DNA of 64,000 nucleotides from Actinomycetales bacterium (GTDB lineage Bacteria; Actinomycetota; Actinomycetes; Actinomycetales; Microbacteriaceae): NCBI GenBank assembly GCA_038243605.1, contig JBBSQX010000011.1, positions 2,531 to 66,530 of the forward strand, read 5' to 3'. Shown piece by piece: positions 61,547 to 64,000 of this stretch (position 1 is its first letter; each line of letters starts with the position of its first letter). The notes under the pieces were generated by a model. It saw only the letters and a program-made list of their open reading frames with translations, ran no database searches and was not told where the DNA came from. The position numbers and the translations under genes were made by a program.

Positions 61547-62115
61547 CGTCGACATTGACTGACGAGTTACCGCCGACCCCTGAACGCGGTCGCTGGGGCG
61601 CACTAGCCCGACTGTGGCGGCGTTCGCGCGTTCTGCTGCCAATGAACAGCGACATCGAGGTGTCGCGCACGGTCGTTGGCGTGCCCGTCGTCATCCGGCT
61701 CAGGCCAAGCGATCTCGGTTACGCGGCTCTCGGCGGCGCGCTCGGATCGCTGACCCGCTACGGTCTCGTGCAGATCGGCCCCGGATGGGATGGACTCTCG
61801 GCCGGCACCACGATCGTCAACATTGTGGGACCGTTTCTGCTTGGCGTTCTGCTGCAGTCCCTTTCGACGGGGCAAGAGACCCCGCAGCGACGAACACTGC
61901 GGCTGCTCATCGGGGTCGGCTACCTGGGTGCGCTCACCAGTTACGCAGAGCTCGCGCTTGACATCATCCAACTCGGCGAGGCGGGCCAGTGGCTTCTCGC
62001 CATCACGTACGGGGTCGGAACTCTGGTGCTGGGTATTGCCGCAACCTGGTTGGGAATCTTTGTGGCCGGGCGCAGGCTGTTCCGTCGCGCGCCAACAGAG
62101 CAGGTGGATGCCTGA
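61543..62115 (+). CDS. crcB: Fluoride channel CrcB/FluC (copy 1; N-terminal extension or later start)
   Basis: ...GGALGSLTRYGL... and four TM helices. The ORF is 190 aa, against about 125 aa expected. An ATG at 61642 is an alternative start. Confidence 0.8.
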   Translation: MTSTLTDELPPTPERGRWGALARLWRRSRVLLPMNSDIEVSRTVVGVPVVIRLRPSDLGYAALGGALGSLTRYGLVQIGPGWDGLSAGTTIVNIVGPFLLGVLLQSLSTGQETPQRRTLRLLIGVGYLGALTSYAELALDIIQLGEAGQWLLAITYGVGTLVLGIAATWLGIFVAGRRLFRRAPTEQVDA

Positions 62116-62486
62116 TGCTCACAACACTGCTCGTTGCCATCGGCGGTGGGCTCGGCGCTGCCCTGCGGCTCGGCATCAATGGGGCCATCCACCGACGCGT
62201 GCGGCCCACCTATCCGGTGGCATTGACGCTCATCAACACCCTCGGTGCTTTTCTTCTCGGATTGGTTACGGGTCTGCTCGCCGCACACGTGCTCCCCGAG
62301 GCGCTCGGGCTCGGACTCGGCACCGGGCTGATCGGTGGCTTTACCGCCTTCAGCACGACGAGCTTTCACAGCCTGCGTCTTCTTCAGGATCGACGAGTGG
62401 GGGCCGCCATCATGAACTCGTTCGGCATGCTGGTGGTCGGCGTGGTTCTCGCGGGCCTCGGGCTGTGGCTGGGGCGCGCGCTCTGA
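62115..62486 (+). CDS. crcB: Fluoride channel CrcB/FluC (copy 2)
   Basis: MLTTLLVAIGGGLGAALRLGI...GGFTAFSTTS.... The ATG overlaps the copy-1 stop (ATGA-type overlap, 62113-62117). Confidence 0.9.
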   Translation: MLTTLLVAIGGGLGAALRLGINGAIHRRVRPTYPVALTLINTLGAFLLGLVTGLLAAHVLPEALGLGLGTGLIGGFTAFSTTSFHSLRLLQDRRVGAAIMNSFGMLVVGVVLAGLGLWLGRAL

Positions 62487-62537
62487 CTGCGGGCTTTCGC
62501 GGCGCCGAAATTTGATCTCATGAGTAGTCAGCTGGTA

Positions 62538-63575
62538 CTAGTTCTGAGCACTCCACGCCTTAGCCTGCTCGCGAAGCTTCTGGTGCGCGCCCCCGAACGC
62601 TGCGGATGCGGTCTGCCCCAGCAGTGCCTTGGGAACCTTGCACACCATCGTGTATACGGTATCGACAACGTTCGCCACTGGGCTCAAGCAGGTCTGCGAG
62701 ACGAGCTGGTACGCATCCATGGTGCCGATGCCCAAAAGCTCAGAAACCCACGTGACCATCTCTACGTTGGCGATACGGAACGCATCCTCTAGGGGTTTCG
62801 TCGACCCGGTCGTGATCAAGTACTCGTCGGTCTCGATTCTCGGCCACGCGGGAGCTGACCCCTTGATGAGCTCAACAATAAATACCGTGTTCATCGAACA
62901 CTCCACCGCGACACCACACGTCTCACCCTCGCCCTGGCGAGCATGCCCGTCTCCGAGACTGAACATGGCGCCTGGAACGTTCACCCCTAGGTAACAGGTC
63001 GTCTTTGCGCGCATCTCTGGCGTATCCATATTGCCGCCCCAGTTGCCTGGCGCCAACGCCGAGCGCACTTCACCAAGTGCAGGGGCTACCCCCACCGTTC
63101 CATGCATTGGATCTAGGGGCAGTGGCAGTCTGAGATCGCTTCCGAGTGCCTGAAAATGTACGAGCCGCTTCTCTGCATCGAGCTCGTAGAACCAGGTGTT
63201 CTCTGGCAGCGGATCGTTGAGCAGCGCAGTGTCATGGGTGCCGGTCAGCGCGCCAAAGAACTCGACCGTGGTGCTCACACCCCAGTCAAAACGCGGCTCG
63301 ATGCTGACGAAGTGAATGGCCAACGTGTCGCCAGGCTCCGCACCCTCGATGTAGAAAGGACCAGTCTGCGGGTTCAAGTACCTGGGGTCGAGCAACGTGG
63401 ACGGCTTCACGCCTGCCTCCGTCACCAAGCCAGCGAAGCAGTCCAACGTCGATGTCGACACAACGGTTCCTGGCGTCAGCTGCGCCTTAGCCTCAGCACC
63501 ACCGAACGTGTAAATCAGTGTGCTCGGATCGACATCCGCCGCCACCTCGAAAGTGAAAGTCTCCATGTTGATCAT
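62538..63575 (-). CDS. Acetamidase/formamidase-family amidohydrolase
   Basis: ...NPQTGPFYIEGAEPGDTLAIHF..., ...GGNMD..., ...SLGDGHARQGEGETCG.... ATGA overlap with the upstream permease gene. Confidence 0.88.
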   Translation of the reverse strand: MINMETFTFEVAADVDPSTLIYTFGGAEAKAQLTPGTVVSTSTLDCFAGLVTEAGVKPSTLLDPRYLNPQTGPFYIEGAEPGDTLAIHFVSIEPRFDWGVSTTVEFFGALTGTHDTALLNDPLPENTWFYELDAEKRLVHFQALGSDLRLPLPLDPMHGTVGVAPALGEVRSALAPGNWGGNMDTPEMRAKTTCYLGVNVPGAMFSLGDGHARQGEGETCGVAVECSMNTVFIVELIKGSAPAWPRIETDEYLITTGSTKPLEDAFRIANVEMVTWVSELLGIGTMDAYQLVSQTCLSPVANVVDTVYTMVCKVPKALLGQTASAAFGGAHQKLREQAKAWSAQN

Positions 63576-64000
63576 TCCTTCCTGCTGAGTTCGGCCTCAG
63601 AAACATCGATCGGTACCGCCCGGTTCTTACGACTCGCACCTAGCTCGAACGTGCGAACCAAGCCGCCAGGTCGGAAAGCAAGCATAAAGATCAGCAAGAT
63701 CGCGAGCAGGATTTCGGTCATACCCACCGTTTCGAACGGAAGTATGCCGCTGAGGCTGAAGGAGTTCTCGAGTGCGCGAAGACCCTCGGTGGCGATAGTG
63801 ACCAGCAAAACACCAACGGCCGTTCCTGTCACCGTTCGCGGGCCACCCACAATCAACATCGTCAGCACGATGAACGTCTGGGTCATGTAGAACGAACCCG
63901 GCTGGAAGGAGGTGATGAAGTGCGCCCACAGTGCCCCCGACATCCCGCAGATGAACGCGGAGATGGTGAACGCAAGCCAGCGCGCCTTCACCACGTTGAT
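63572..64000 (-). CDS. Branched-chain amino acid / amide-urea type ABC transporter permease (LivM family), 3' part only
   Basis: ...FICGMSGALWAHFITSFQPGSF...TMLIVGGPRTVTGTAVG.... The gene continues beyond the window edge. Confidence 0.8.
   Translation of the reverse strand: MNVVKARWLAFTISAFICGMSGALWAHFITSFQPGSFYMTQTFIVLTMLIVGGPRTVTGTAVGVLLVTIATEGLRALENSFSLSGILPFETVGMTEILLAILLIFMLAFRPGGLVRTFELGASRKNRAVPIDVSEAELSRKE

Noticed and set aside
60287-61660. Fluoride riboswitch (crcB motif) upstream of the crcB pair
   Set aside because: crcB copy 1 overlaps the dehydrogenase gene, so there is no spacer. The only candidate leader (60297-60406) lacks the GGCGAUG...CCGCC...CUGAUG-type core that I remember for the motif. 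An Infernal scan is needed to be certain.

Overview
High-GC actinobacterial chromosome. The RpoB/RpoC/S12/S7 sequences look Microbacteriaceae-like, but that is inference with no database search. I recognised no tRNA, rRNA, CRISPR array, transposase or integrase.

Core genes sit at both ends on the minus strand: rpsG-rpsL (115-959) and rpoC-rpoB (50753-58182). rpoB is split by an apparent 1-nt deletion near 57825.

The right flank carries an agmatinase-family gene, a spermidine-synthase-like gene, a PQQ-type sugar dehydrogenase, two crcB genes, a formamidase and a partial LivM-type permease.

About 49.8 kb of envelope machinery lies between rpoC and rpsL. Most of it is one string of 31 co-directional minus-strand genes (44904 down to 1284) with no gap over about 210 nt and many 1-4 nt start/stop overlaps. 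It has three parts:
- An ESX-4-like type VII secretion locus: eccC, two eccD, eccB, a WXG100 pair, a Gly-rich candidate substrate, and three membrane-anchored S8/mycosin-type proteases. FHA-domain genes are interleaved with it.
- A phospho-signalling and assembly module: Hanks kinase, a 2045-aa surface protein, MoxR, DUF58, a transglutaminase-like protein without its catalytic Cys/His, a membrane FHA protein, PP2C, and a tail-anchored protein with eight TVVV motifs.
- A complete monoderm type IV pilus operon: pilB-pilT-pilC-pilA, three minor or pseudo-pilins, pilD and pilMNO, plus two unknown membrane proteins.

Points most worth a second look:
- the kinase/PP2C/four-FHA layer wired into the T7SS and MoxR modules
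- the (TVVV)x8 array
- the Walker-A Lys->Thr in EccC ATPase domain 1
- the catalytically dismantled TGase core
- the rpoB frameshift
- a 110-nt inverted-repeat element that occludes the RBS of the dehydrogenase-crcB operon

All family assignments come from motifs read by eye. Gene starts are approximate where noted.
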